From an uncultured Candidatus Saccharibacteria bacterium (lineage in GTDB: Bacteria; Patescibacteriota; CALEFQ01; G965231055), in contig OZ246411.1 of the NCBI GenBank assembly GCA_965231055.1, forward strand, positions 601,875 to 665,874: a DNA stretch of 64,000 nt, written 5' to 3'. Made by a program: the position numbers and the translations under genes. This document shows positions 16,459-25,673 of this stretch, in pieces; position 1 is the stretch's first letter, and each line of letters begins with the position of its first letter. The notes beneath the pieces were generated by a model. It ran no database searches. It was not told the DNA's origin and saw only the letters and a program-made list of their open reading frames with translations.

Positions 16459-18948
16459 TTGGATACATCATTGTTTTATCAGCCCGATTCAATAGCGATA
16501 ATGTTTGTAGGGGGAGTTATTGCAATAGCTTTGTCTATTGTGTTTTTTAAGATCTATAAAAAACAACAGAAAATTGATGTGGCGCTAGATACCGAATTAC
16601 TCCTCATAACAGTGCCCAAAGATGTTTCTGAAAAAGAAGAAGAGGGAAAAAAGGACATAAAAGAAGTTATTAGTTTTTCTGAGCAGATGTTTGCCAATCT
16701 TTACAGCATTTCCAAACCCAAGAAAAAACTTTTCAAACTGAAAAAATATGTGACATTTGAGATAGTTGCAAATGACAACAAAATTTCTTTTTATATTTCT
16801 ACTCCACGAAACAAAAAAGATTTGGTGGAGAAAATAATTACTGCGCAATACCCCAAAGCAATAGTTGAGCGCGTGGAAGACTACAATATATTCAATCCAG
16901 GAAGCAGTGTTTTCGCTGAAGAACTTAGGCTTGCAGAAGCTCACATCTTGCCTATAAAAACATATAAACACCTAGAAACCGATCCTTTGTCATCGGTCAC
17001 TAACTCTTTGTCAAAACTCGATTCAGACGAGGGCGCTGCCATACAGATTCTGATACAGCCCGCTGATCCTAGGTGGGGAAAAAATGCCTCTAAAATTGTT
17101 TCAAAGATGGTAAAAGAGGGAAAGACCCTGTCTAGTGCTATGGGTGGAGGAAGTATATTGAAAGACATGGGATCCGAGCTTGGGTCTGGACTAAAAGCTT
17201 TTTCTAAAACCAATAAGCCAGACTCAAATCAGCCACCTCAATTATCACAGTATCAGCAAGAAGTTTCTAAAATGGTTGAAGAAAAGGCGAATAAGCTTGC
17301 CTTTGAAACCAAAATACGAATCGTAGCATCATCTAGCTCAAAGGAAAAAGCAGAGATGCTGGTTACAAATATTATCTCTTCGTTCACTCAGTTTTCAAAC
17401 CCAGGACTCAATCGTTTTGATAAACCAAAATTTGTTTTGAATAGAAAACAGATAGTGCAGGACTATATTTTCCGTAGATTTGGAAGTGATAAGAAAATTA
17501 TGACGCTCAATACCGAAGAGCTTGCTAGTATTTTTCACCCACCCACGAGAGCGCTGGAAACCCCAAATCTAAATATATTGGAGTCACGAAAAACCCCAGC
17601 TCCAAACAATCTTTCAAAGGACGGAGTTACAATGGGAGAAAATAATTATCGAGGAGTAGCTACTACTGTCAAGATTTCTCGTAAAGATAGGGAGAGACAT
17701 TTGTATACAATAGGCACCACCGGAAGTGGTAAAACCACATTACTTGAAAATATGTGCAAGCAAGACATTCTAAATGGAGATGGTGTTTGCGTACTTGATC
17801 CTCATGGAAGTTTTGTCGAAGATATTTTAAGTATAATACCAAAAGAAAGGGCAGAAGATGTTGTGCTTTTTGATCCGGGAGATACTGAGCGTCCCATAGG
17901 CCTCAACATGCTTGAATGCAATTCAAGTGCCCCTGAACAAAGAGATCTGGTGGTAAATGAAATGATTGCAATATTTCACAAGCTTTTTCCGCCTGAAATG
18001 ACCGGACCTATTTTTGAGCACAACATGAGAAATGTGATGCTTACTCTTATGGAAGACATGAATGATCCGGGTACCATAGTAGAAATACCTCGCATGTTTA
18101 CAGATGAGGAATTTGCCAAAGAGAAGTTAAAGCATGTAAAAGATCCTATAGTGCGTCAGTTTTGGGAAAAAGAAATGGCGAAGACCTCTGATTTCCATAA
18201 ATCAGAAATGCTTGGATATTTGGTGAGCAAAGTGGGACAGTTCGTAGAAAACTCACTGATGAGAAACATACTCGGTCAGCAAAAATCAGGACTTGATTTT
18301 GCAAAGATTATGAATGAAGGCAAAATCTTGCTTTGCAATCTTTCAAAAGGAAAAGTGGGTGATATAAATAGTTCTCTACTTGGACTGATTATTCAGTCTA
18401 GACTCCAAATAGCTGCATTTGAACGCGTGAAAATTCCCGAAGAAGAGCGCAAGCCATTTTATGTTTACATGGACGAGTTTCAAAACTTTGTCACTCCTAC
18501 TATTGCCACTGTGCTTTCTGAGGCTAGGAAATATAAATTGATTCTAAATTTGGCTCATCAATACATCGCTCAGCTTGTAACTGAAAAAGGATCAGAGGTG
18601 AGAGATGCAGTTTTCGGAAACGTGGGAACTATATGTGTTTATAGAGTTGGTGCTCAGGACGCAGAGTATTTGGAAAAAGAATTTCATCCAGTTTTTACTC
18701 AGAGTGATTTGATTCACACGGAAAGATTCCATGCCAATTTGAAATTAATGGTAGATGGAACTACCAGCAGGCCATTCACGATGAAAGCATTTGCATTTGA
18801 AAAAGGAGATGATAAGAATAGAGAAATCATAAGAGAACTTTCAAGACTCAAATACGGTAAAGCCAAAGAGCAAGTAGATGCTGACATAGGAAGAAGAGCG
18901 AAACTTGGAGGCACTGCACCCGCAAAAGACAGGATTCCCGAGTTTTAG
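16459..18948 (+). CDS. VirD4/TraG/TrwB-like (DUF87/HerA-FtsK superfamily) P-loop ATPase with an N-terminal TM anchor
   Basis: One N-terminal TM. Walker A TIGTTGSGKTT, a coupling-protein-like VLDPHGS motif, and Walker B FYVYMDEFQNF. 829 aa. Confidence 0.55.
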   Translation: MDTSLFYQPDSIAIMFVGGVIAIALSIVFFKIYKKQQKIDVALDTELLLITVPKDVSEKEEEGKKDIKEVISFSEQMFANLYSISKPKKKLFKLKKYVTFEIVANDNKISFYISTPRNKKDLVEKIITAQYPKAIVERVEDYNIFNPGSSVFAEELRLAEAHILPIKTYKHLETDPLSSVTNSLSKLDSDEGAAIQILIQPADPRWGKNASKIVSKMVKEGKTLSSAMGGGSILKDMGSELGSGLKAFSKTNKPDSNQPPQLSQYQQEVSKMVEEKANKLAFETKIRIVASSSSKEKAEMLVTNIISSFTQFSNPGLNRFDKPKFVLNRKQIVQDYIFRRFGSDKKIMTLNTEELASIFHPPTRALETPNLNILESRKTPAPNNLSKDGVTMGENNYRGVATTVKISRKDRERHLYTIGTTGSGKTTLLENMCKQDILNGDGVCVLDPHGSFVEDILSIIPKERAEDVVLFDPGDTERPIGLNMLECNSSAPEQRDLVVNEMIAIFHKLFPPEMTGPIFEHNMRNVMLTLMEDMNDPGTIVEIPRMFTDEEFAKEKLKHVKDPIVRQFWEKEMAKTSDFHKSEMLGYLVSKVGQFVENSLMRNILGQQKSGLDFAKIMNEGKILLCNLSKGKVGDINSSLLGLIIQSRLQIAAFERVKIPEEERKPFYVYMDEFQNFVTPTIATVLSEARKYKLILNLAHQYIAQLVTEKGSEVRDAVFGNVGTICVYRVGAQDAEYLEKEFHPVFTQSDLIHTERFHANLKLMVDGTTSRPFTMKAFAFEKGDDKNREIIRELSRLKYGKAKEQVDADIGRRAKLGGTAPAKDRIPEF

Positions 18949-18969
18949 TTTTTTTGACACTATAATGAA

Positions 18970-19010
18970 ATAAAAAACCGGTGTGGAAAAACCCACGCCG
19001 GTTTGTAAAA
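18970..19010. terminator. Bidirectional intrinsic terminator
   Basis: AACCGGTGTGG / CCACGCCGGTT stem with an AAAAA loop. A-run on one side and T-run on the other. Confidence 0.7.
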
Positions 19011-19022
19011 GATCAGTTTGAA

Positions 19023-19964
19023 TTAGCTATTTTTTGTGTTAGCTTTTCTGTTTGAGTGTCTGGATACTGGTCTGGAGGGCATTCGTAATTCTGCATATTT
19101 TTGTCGTAGTCGGTGACCATCGGGGAGCTTATCTAGCATTTCCGAGACTAAGAAGCTCAAGATATCCCAACCTTCGATTTGTTTTTGGAACCTTGCGGTT
19201 CTACGAATCTGCTGGAATATCTCGTCGGTTATGCCGATGAACACATTGGGGTCCAAGGAGTCTTGTCGAGATACCATGATGGATCTCACGGCATTGCCAA
19301 TTCGGCAGTGACTGAATATCCATTCATCGTGTGCGAGAAAGCATAACATTGTTTCAATGGGTAGTTGTATTGCGCCGTCATTTGTATCGCTTAGTTTGGC
19401 AACAGTACCTCCTTTTGTAACTTCAAGTTTGTCCAAATATGACAATACGCATTTCTGTGTGCAAATTACGTTGGGGTCATCTTTGACTAAAACTGAGGTT
19501 TTTGCAAACCATCCTCCCCATGGTACTAAGATCCAAAAGAAAACTGTTTCACCAGGGTACTCATCTGATCTTAAATCCCTGATGATAAGTTCTTTTGTTT
19601 TCGAATCGAGTCCCCACCATCTATATCCCGCGCATTTTATGTTTGCATTATAGAAGTGGGAGAGCCATCGAAAGGGGTTGTATCCTGAGGGTTGACTGAT
19701 GTACTCGAAAATACAGTATGCTATAAAATACCAAAAAACGATGCATACAATAGCGATGATTCGTTTTGCTGATAAGACATCCACATCTGGGTCGTAGTGA
19801 TTGGCTTCTGGTAGCTCCGCGGTCTGCCATATGCCAATTGGTACACAAGCAAACAAAATGAAGATGAATATGAATGTTGGAATCAATTCACTAATGCTGA
19901 ATGGCAATAGTGATTTCTCTAGAGCCTTGCTTAGATCATTTACTCTGCAATAATAAGTTTTCAT
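19023..19964 (-). CDS. Orphan 2-TM membrane protein with a ~230-aa cytoplasmic domain of unknown function. The likely start is ATG 19964 with an AGGA RBS; the ORF track extends to TTG 20009.
   Basis: MKTYYCRVND... is preceded by ggaaaggatcgttct. Two hydrophobic helices in the first 90 aa. Local GC about 43-45%, higher than its neighbours. Has its own terminator. Confidence 0.5.
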   Translation of the reverse strand: MKTYYCRVNDLSKALEKSLLPFSISELIPTFIFIFILFACVPIGIWQTAELPEANHYDPDVDVLSAKRIIAIVCIVFWYFIAYCIFEYISQPSGYNPFRWLSHFYNANIKCAGYRWWGLDSKTKELIIRDLRSDEYPGETVFFWILVPWGGWFAKTSVLVKDDPNVICTQKCVLSYLDKLEVTKGGTVAKLSDTNDGAIQLPIETMLCFLAHDEWIFSHCRIGNAVRSIMVSRQDSLDPNVFIGITDEIFQQIRRTARFQKQIEGWDILSFLVSEMLDKLPDGHRLRQKYAELRMPSRPVSRHSNRKANTKNS

Positions 19965-20247
19965 AGAACGATCCTTTCCGACACCTCGAATATTGAGGTA
20001 TGGGGGCAAATGGAGCTTAACTGGAGTTTCCAGCTAACTCGAAGTGCCTAAGATAAATACTTTGGATAGTCCAAAGATTGTGGTAAATATAGCAATAAAG
20101 GTTAGTATTTGCAAGAATTTCGATCCTTTGTTAATTAGTGGAGTATTTAGATTGTTTCTATTTATTTGCACCTGTGTATTGTCAAAAATAGACTATGTGT
20201 TATTATAGAAAGGTAAATTGGCTTAAAAAAATCAAACAAAAACAAAA

Positions 20248-20883
20248 ATGGAAACAGAAAACAAAGATCTACCAGATCAATCAGCTCTGCTTTTAATTAA
20301 ACAAAGAATTGAAAGCGCAGAAAAAAGTATAGCTGCCGCAAAAAAACTTCTAAACAAAGCACTTGGAGGTGATTTAGGTAATGTAGATAGTATAGAAGAA
20401 AGAGTTCAGGATCTCACGATAAGCAATGGAGGCAAGATTGTTGAAGGTATTTTTGACGGACAAAATATGATAGGTCCCGACAAGAGGCAGTACCCAGTAC
20501 CTGCAAATTATGCAAGCAAGTCCAAATTAGTTGAAGGAGATATTCTAAAGCTTACAATATCCGATGATGGATCATTTATTTATAAACAAATAGGACCAGT
20601 TGAAAGATTGAGAGTCCAAGGTGAACTCAAGACAGGAGATGGTGGAGGATTTCTGGTTCAGGCTGAAAAGAGAGAGTATAGAGTGCTCCTGGCTAGCGTC
20701 ACTTATTTCAAAGCAAAAGAAGGAGACAATGTAACTCTTATAGTTCCTGCATCTGACAAGGCTACATGGGGTGCTATTGAAAATGTTTTGAAACCCGAGG
20801 TCGGAAAAAAAGCCGAAACGCGACCCGAAGATGATTTGTCAAAATTTGAAAATCCAGTAGACGATTTTGCTTTAGAGAATTAA
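20248..20883 (+). CDS. Hypothetical protein (N-terminal coiled-coil helix plus beta-rich domain)
   Basis: ORF with a coherent frame and typical codon usage. No recognisable motif. Confidence 0.45.
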   Translation: METENKDLPDQSALLLIKQRIESAEKSIAAAKKLLNKALGGDLGNVDSIEERVQDLTISNGGKIVEGIFDGQNMIGPDKRQYPVPANYASKSKLVEGDILKLTISDDGSFIYKQIGPVERLRVQGELKTGDGGGFLVQAEKREYRVLLASVTYFKAKEGDNVTLIVPASDKATWGAIENVLKPEVGKKAETRPEDDLSKFENPVDDFALEN

Positions 20884-20891
20884 TAATTATC

Positions 20892-21347
20892 ATGAGTATT
20901 ATTTCAAAAATAGAAGGAAAATTTCCAAAGCTAGTTCAGTTTGTAAAATTTGGATTGGTGGGAGTAATGAATACCGTAGTTGATTTTGCGGTGCTGAATC
21001 TAATGTCGTGGATGACGGGGATAAAAAGCGGTGGAGAAATTTTTGTGATAAATTCAGTCTCTACTTTCGTAGCTATTTTGAACAGTTACTTTTTTAATAA
21101 GTATTGGACATTTAAGGCCAAGGATACAAATACAAAAAAAGGTGTGGAATTTGTTCAATTTTTGGTAGTAAGTCTTGTTGGCGTCGTGATAAATGGTGGA
21201 ATAGTCTATTTGGTTACGACTTTCGTTGATCCTTGGTTTGGTTTATCCGAGACACTATGGCTAAATGCTGGCAAGATTGCAGCTACGATTATATCATTGG
21301 TTTGGAACTATATAGGTTATAAATTATGGGTTTTTAAAGGTAAATAA
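20892..21347 (+). CDS. GtrA-family membrane protein (associated with polyprenyl-phosphate sugar translocation)
   Basis: FVKFGLVGVMNTVVDFAVLNLM ... YFFNKYWTFK. Four TM helices, 151 aa. Confidence 0.7.
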   Translation: MSIISKIEGKFPKLVQFVKFGLVGVMNTVVDFAVLNLMSWMTGIKSGGEIFVINSVSTFVAILNSYFFNKYWTFKAKDTNTKKGVEFVQFLVVSLVGVVINGGIVYLVTTFVDPWFGLSETLWLNAGKIAATIISLVWNYIGYKLWVFKGK

Positions 21348-21352
21348 AAAAT

Positions 21353-21622
21353 ATGGAAACCACAACGCAAAACACAGCTACAAACACACCATCAAATTCT
21401 GAACCAGTTAAGACGGGGGATTGGGTACTTACCATGCTTATCATGGCTATTCCGATCGTGGGATTTGTGATGTTGTTTGTATGGGCTTTTGGTTCTGGTA
21501 CCAAGCCAAGCAAGGCAAATTGGGCTAAGGCGTCGCTTATTTGGATGTTGATAGCTGTAGGATTTTACGCTATTTTATTTGCGAGCTTCGGCGTAGCCTT
21601 TTTTACGGGGTTTTTTAGTTAA
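21353..21622 (+). CDS. Small 2-TM membrane protein
   Basis: 89 aa, two hydrophobic helices. Confidence 0.4.
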   Translation: METTTQNTATNTPSNSEPVKTGDWVLTMLIMAIPIVGFVMLFVWAFGSGTKPSKANWAKASLIWMLIAVGFYAILFASFGVAFFTGFFS

Positions 21623-21741
21623 TGAGCTTTATAAAGAAAGTTTTCCCCTTTTCGGAAGACTTTTTTTGTGGTAAAATTATCTAATTTACAAAAAACAAAA
21701 CTGTTCTTTGCTGGGGAAAATCCCAGCAATTAAATTTTATC

Positions 21742-23310
21742 ATGGCAGAAGTATTGTATAGAAAACATAGACCAAAAAAGTTTTCAGAGATAGTGGGGCA
21801 GGATTATATCATCACTACACTCAAAAACGCTCTTAAGGCAAAATCAGTTGCCCATGCTTATCTTTTTGCGGGACCCAGGGGGGTTGGTAAAACTACTATC
21901 GCTCGCATTTTGGCCAAAGCGGTTAATTGTAATTCTCTCAAAAATCAAGAGCCATGTGGCACTTGCGCTTCTTGCAAATCTTTTGATCAGGGTAAATCAA
22001 TGGACTTGGTGGAAATAGATGCCGCATCAAACCGAGGAATTGACGAAATTAGAGAGCTAAGAGCAAAAGTCAGATTTGCTCCATCAAATTCCAAATACAA
22101 AGTTTATATTATCGACGAGGTGCACATGCTCACCAAAGAAGCTTTCAATGCCTTGCTAAAGACTTTGGAAGAGCCACCAGCGCACGCAATTTTTATTTTG
22201 GCGACTACCGAAATACACAAACTTCCAGCTACGGTAATTTCTAGATGTCAAAGATTTGATTTCAAGAAAATGACAGTGGATGAATTGGTTTCGAACCTTA
22301 AAAGTATTATAAAAAAAGAGGGGATTGTGGCAGAAAAGGGTGTTCTGGAATTTATCGCAAGAGAAGCAGATGGTGGGGCCAGAGATTCTATAAGTCTACT
22401 TGGTCAGGCAACTGCTTTTTCTGACAAAGAAATTACACTCGAAGACATACTCAAGGTCATAGGTATCACAGATATAAATCTGATTTTTGAATTTGCCAAA
22501 GATCTCGCCAAAAAAGATGGCAGAGCTGCGCTTCAAAAAATCCAGGATATTACTGATAAAGGAGTAAACCTAGAGCAATTCATAAAAAGTCTGATTCAGT
22601 TTTTTAGACAAAGTCTAGTTTTTTCTATAAGACTTGAGGGTGAGGAAGAGGAGAAAATTAATTGGATAAAGAACAATTTTAGCAAAACCGAAATACGCAA
22701 GATTATAGAACGCCTCCAGGTTGCCTATAGGGAACAGAAAGATTCTGTTCATGTTCAGTTGCCCCTTGAGCTCGCTGTAGTAGATCTTTGCGTTGATCAA
22801 CCAGAGAGTATCGATAAAAAGATAGATCTTCCCAAAAAAGAAACTGACGACAAGCCAAAGCCAAGCAAGATTTTTAAAGTAGTTGACAAGCTTGCAGTTA
22901 AGAAAGAAAAAGTAGATGATTCAGAGAAGCTCAAGCTGGTCAAAGAAAACTGGTCAAAAATCATTGAAAATATAGAGACTTCCAATTTTACGCTAGGTTC
23001 TCTCGCTCGAATGGGTAAGCTTAGTTGCGGAGAAAATGGATGTGTTGTGCTTGGTTTTTCTTTTAAGTTTCATGGAGATCAAATAAATACACTCAAAAAT
23101 AGAAAACTCATAGAATCATCTATAGAAAAGGTTTGTAATGAGAAAATCAAAATTCAAGGTATTTGTGCGCCCGAAGATGCTTCTAATTCATCTATTTCCA
23201 GTGCCGTTATGGAAAAACAGCAGGCCCCTAAAAAAGAAGAAGAGCAAGAAAAGGTTCCAGAAATGGTCAATGACGCCATAAATATGTTTGGCGGTAAATT
23301 AATTGATTAA
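21742..23310 (+). CDS. dnaX: DNA polymerase III subunit tau/gamma
   Basis: RPKKFSEIVGQ start, Walker A GPRGVGKTT, Zn module CGTCASC, DEVHML, SRC sensor. Confidence 0.9.
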   Translation: MAEVLYRKHRPKKFSEIVGQDYIITTLKNALKAKSVAHAYLFAGPRGVGKTTIARILAKAVNCNSLKNQEPCGTCASCKSFDQGKSMDLVEIDAASNRGIDEIRELRAKVRFAPSNSKYKVYIIDEVHMLTKEAFNALLKTLEEPPAHAIFILATTEIHKLPATVISRCQRFDFKKMTVDELVSNLKSIIKKEGIVAEKGVLEFIAREADGGARDSISLLGQATAFSDKEITLEDILKVIGITDINLIFEFAKDLAKKDGRAALQKIQDITDKGVNLEQFIKSLIQFFRQSLVFSIRLEGEEEEKINWIKNNFSKTEIRKIIERLQVAYREQKDSVHVQLPLELAVVDLCVDQPESIDKKIDLPKKETDDKPKPSKIFKVVDKLAVKKEKVDDSEKLKLVKENWSKIIENIETSNFTLGSLARMGKLSCGENGCVVLGFSFKFHGDQINTLKNRKLIESSIEKVCNEKIKIQGICAPEDASNSSISSAVMEKQQAPKKEEEQEKVPEMVNDAINMFGGKLID

Positions 23311-23328
23311 TTAGAAATTATATTGTAT

Positions 23329-23355
23329 AGTAAGCCACGATGGCTTATTTTTTAT
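23329..23355 (+). terminator. Intrinsic terminator after dnaX
   Basis: TAAGCC / GGCTTA stem followed by TTTTTTAT. Confidence 0.55.
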
Positions 23356-23426
23356 TAAATAATTACTATACTCTAGATCATCTAATATCTTCTAATCCTT
23401 CTTGCGCAACTAATCCATCAGCATAT

Positions 23427-23500
23427 TCCGGGATCGTCTAACGGTAGGACAGCGGGTTTTGGTCCCGCCAATCTAGGTTCGAGTCCTAGTCCCGGAACCA
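23427..23500 (+). tRNA. tRNA-Gln (anticodon TTG), CCA encoded
   Basis: 7-bp acceptor stem TCCGGGA/TCCCGGA. Anticodon stem GCGGG/CCCGC with loop TTTTGGT. T-arm CTAGG-TTCGAGT-CCTAG. 3' terminal CCA. Confidence 0.85.
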
Positions 23501-23557
23501 GACATTTTCCCTCTATTTCATCACGGGATTCGGTCTGTAAATTTTAAGAGAAAATCA

Positions 23558-23584
23558 GCAAAGCCGAGTGGCTTTATTTTTTTA
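23558..23584. terminator. Terminator after tRNA-Gln, also serving the convergent NUDIX gene
   Basis: AAAGCC gagt GGCTTT followed by TTTTTTTT. Confidence 0.6.
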
Positions 23585-23591
23585 GAACGAA

Positions 23592-24008
23592 CTATGTAAG
23601 TAATTCGTGTTTAATACTCAGGAAATAGTCAAATAATTGTTTTGAGAAGAGCTTTTTGATTTCACACTCATCTGCCCAAATAATTCTATCGCTCAAATGT
23701 TCTGTTTTTAATTTGCCAGAGACGGTTTCGAGTAGATACATGTGTATAATGTTATTTTTCCCGGTGCGTTGGTTGAAATATCTGTTCGGCGTTAGCCTTT
23801 TTACTGGTTCTACTCTTAATCCGGTTTCTTCAAAAAACTCTCTTTTTGCGGCATCTTTTGCGAATTCATTATTATTAATATGACCCTTAGGAAAAGAATA
23901 GTCTCTTTGGCTTTCTCGAAATAGAATGAGGTATTGTCGTATTCCATTTGTGTCTTTGGGTAATATTCCTCCAGCTTTTTGAACTAAGTTTGTGTTTTTT
24001 GTTTTCAT
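23592..24008 (-). CDS. NUDIX hydrolase
   Basis: Nudix box GHINNNEFAKDAAKREFFEETGL. Confidence 0.8.
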   Translation of the reverse strand: MKTKNTNLVQKAGGILPKDTNGIRQYLILFRESQRDYSFPKGHINNNEFAKDAAKREFFEETGLRVEPVKRLTPNRYFNQRTGKNNIIHMYLLETVSGKLKTEHLSDRIIWADECEIKKLFSKQLFDYFLSIKHELLT

Positions 24009-24244
24009 TGTTATAGATTTTTTAAATACCTTGTGAATTCTATTATGATATCACAAATCTTACCAACATCTTGTGAAAAAGAATAGTCTTGTGGGGTTGT
24101 TTTTTTTGAGTTCATTATTGTATTCGTTATTGGAATTAATGTCTAAATAACTGTATTAGTAGCAGAATTATTTAATTTAAGTATAGTTTCATTGTGTTTT
24201 ACCAACAACCGGTATCGTGGTATTATATATAGGTAAAACTTCAA

Positions 24245-24352
24245 ATGAAAAGACACAAACAAATAAAAAGCTTATTATCGACTATTATGTGGGGTGCAGT
24301 AGTATTAGCTGCTGTGGCTGCTATTATAGTTTTTACTGTAAGCAATCTCTAA
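24245..24352 (+). CDS. Possible 35-aa single-TM peptide (not in the ORF track)
   Basis: Extended -10 element TGGTATTAT at about 24213-24221, then ATG at 24245. The product MKRHKQIKSLLSTIMWGAVVLAAVAAIIVFTVSNL contains one TM helix. Confidence 0.25.
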   Translation: MKRHKQIKSLLSTIMWGAVVLAAVAAIIVFTVSNL

Positions 24353-24359
24353 TTTAGCC

Positions 24360-25673
24360 ATGAAAACAAGAATAGTTCTCATACTATTATTGCTATTTTT
24401 AACACCAATTCTTTCTGGGTGTAGTAATATCGGAGCAAATGCGTCCGAAACTTTTAAAATAGTTAAAGATAATGATTATTTACTTTCAAAGTTTGGAATA
24501 TCTGTTGCCTTGCAAGATTCTGAAAATAAGAGCGAGCATCTTAAATGGCAAAAAGAGCAAATAGGTTATTTTGTTTGGGGAGATATAGAAAAAAGTAATG
24601 GTAGTTTTGACTGGAGCAAAGCAGATAAATGGATTTTGGATAGACAAAATAATAACATAAATACGATTATCACTATTTGGCCTTATGCTGATTTTGATGC
24701 CAAAAAATGTCGTGATGCAAATCAGTTTACCGATGATCTAGTTAGTCTTGGGCAATATAGATCCAAGCCATGCGATATAGATGATTATAAGAGTTTTGTC
24801 ACGAGTTTAGTTGAAAGATATGACGCAGATGGAGCTGATGATTTTGATCAAATTAAATTTCCCGTAAGATTCTTTGAGATAATGCAAAATCCAGCGAATA
24901 TTGTTGCGTCGTATGATAGTGCGGGTAAGACTTTTTTCAATGGAAGTGCAAAAGATTATTTCGAAATACAAAAAGCTTCTTATGAAGCCATAAAACAGGC
25001 GGATGAAAGTGCATATGTATTGCCTGGAGTACTTGTTTGTGAGGGAGTAGACGGTGATTTTTGGAAACAATTTATAGAACTAGGTGGAAATAGTTATTTG
25101 GATTTTTGGAACTTCGGTGCTGTTTATTCAGGTGATAATTCGTGTTTCGATACTGTTAAAAATTTTCTAGCTATAAATGGTGTATATAAAGGGTTTTTGA
25201 TTTCTCAGTTTAATATCGTAGTGTCTGATGAAAATATTTCTCAGATGCAGGATGAGGTAGTAGCCAAGGTTTCTGAAGAATTAATCAAGGGCTACTTGAA
25301 GGCGCTTTCTTCTGGCTCAGAAAAAATCTTTTTTGATAATGTATTTTTGAAAAGCAAAGCTGAAGGATCTGAAAGCGAGTTTGTTTATAATAGGATGGAT
25401 CTGGATTATAATGTTATTTTTGAAAAAATAGGTTCTAATATAGAGATTTTGGATGGGGCGAAAGAGATTTTGGCAGTGTCAACATCTCAGTACAGAATTA
25501 AGTCAAAAAATGGTAAAATTATTTATGCACTTTGGGGTGAAAATACTACTGTCGCTGAAGACATAAAAAACGCTAAAAATGTCAAAGTAAGTGAAACCAA
25601 TGGAGTATTTTCTACCATTTCCGGAGGTGATTTTCGTTCAACCAATTCACTATTATTTATTGAAGCTCTATGA
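24360..25673 (+). CDS. Lipoprotein (lipobox LSGC) with a large extracytoplasmic domain, possibly a glycoside-hydrolase-like TIM barrel
   Basis: Signal peptide plus Cys at ILSGCSN. No firm family motif. Confidence 0.45.
   Translation: MKTRIVLILLLLFLTPILSGCSNIGANASETFKIVKDNDYLLSKFGISVALQDSENKSEHLKWQKEQIGYFVWGDIEKSNGSFDWSKADKWILDRQNNNINTIITIWPYADFDAKKCRDANQFTDDLVSLGQYRSKPCDIDDYKSFVTSLVERYDADGADDFDQIKFPVRFFEIMQNPANIVASYDSAGKTFFNGSAKDYFEIQKASYEAIKQADESAYVLPGVLVCEGVDGDFWKQFIELGGNSYLDFWNFGAVYSGDNSCFDTVKNFLAINGVYKGFLISQFNIVVSDENISQMQDEVVAKVSEELIKGYLKALSSGSEKIFFDNVFLKSKAEGSESEFVYNRMDLDYNVIFEKIGSNIEILDGAKEILAVSTSQYRIKSKNGKIIYALWGENTTVAEDIKNAKNVKVSETNGVFSTISGGDFRSTNSLLFIEAL

Noticed and set aside
18949-18966. 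TTGACAC-TATAAT promoter-like string right after the ATPase gene
   Set aside because: The hexamers are separated by only about 1 nt, so this cannot be a sigma70 promoter. It sits in the A-rich flank of the bidirectional terminator.
21690-21741. Hairpin GCTGGGG-aaaa-TCCCAGC immediately upstream of dnaX
   Set aside because: Short (6/7 bp) with no T-tract. It could be a minor regulatory stem but there is not enough evidence for a terminator or riboswitch. dnaX frameshift signals were not examined in detail.
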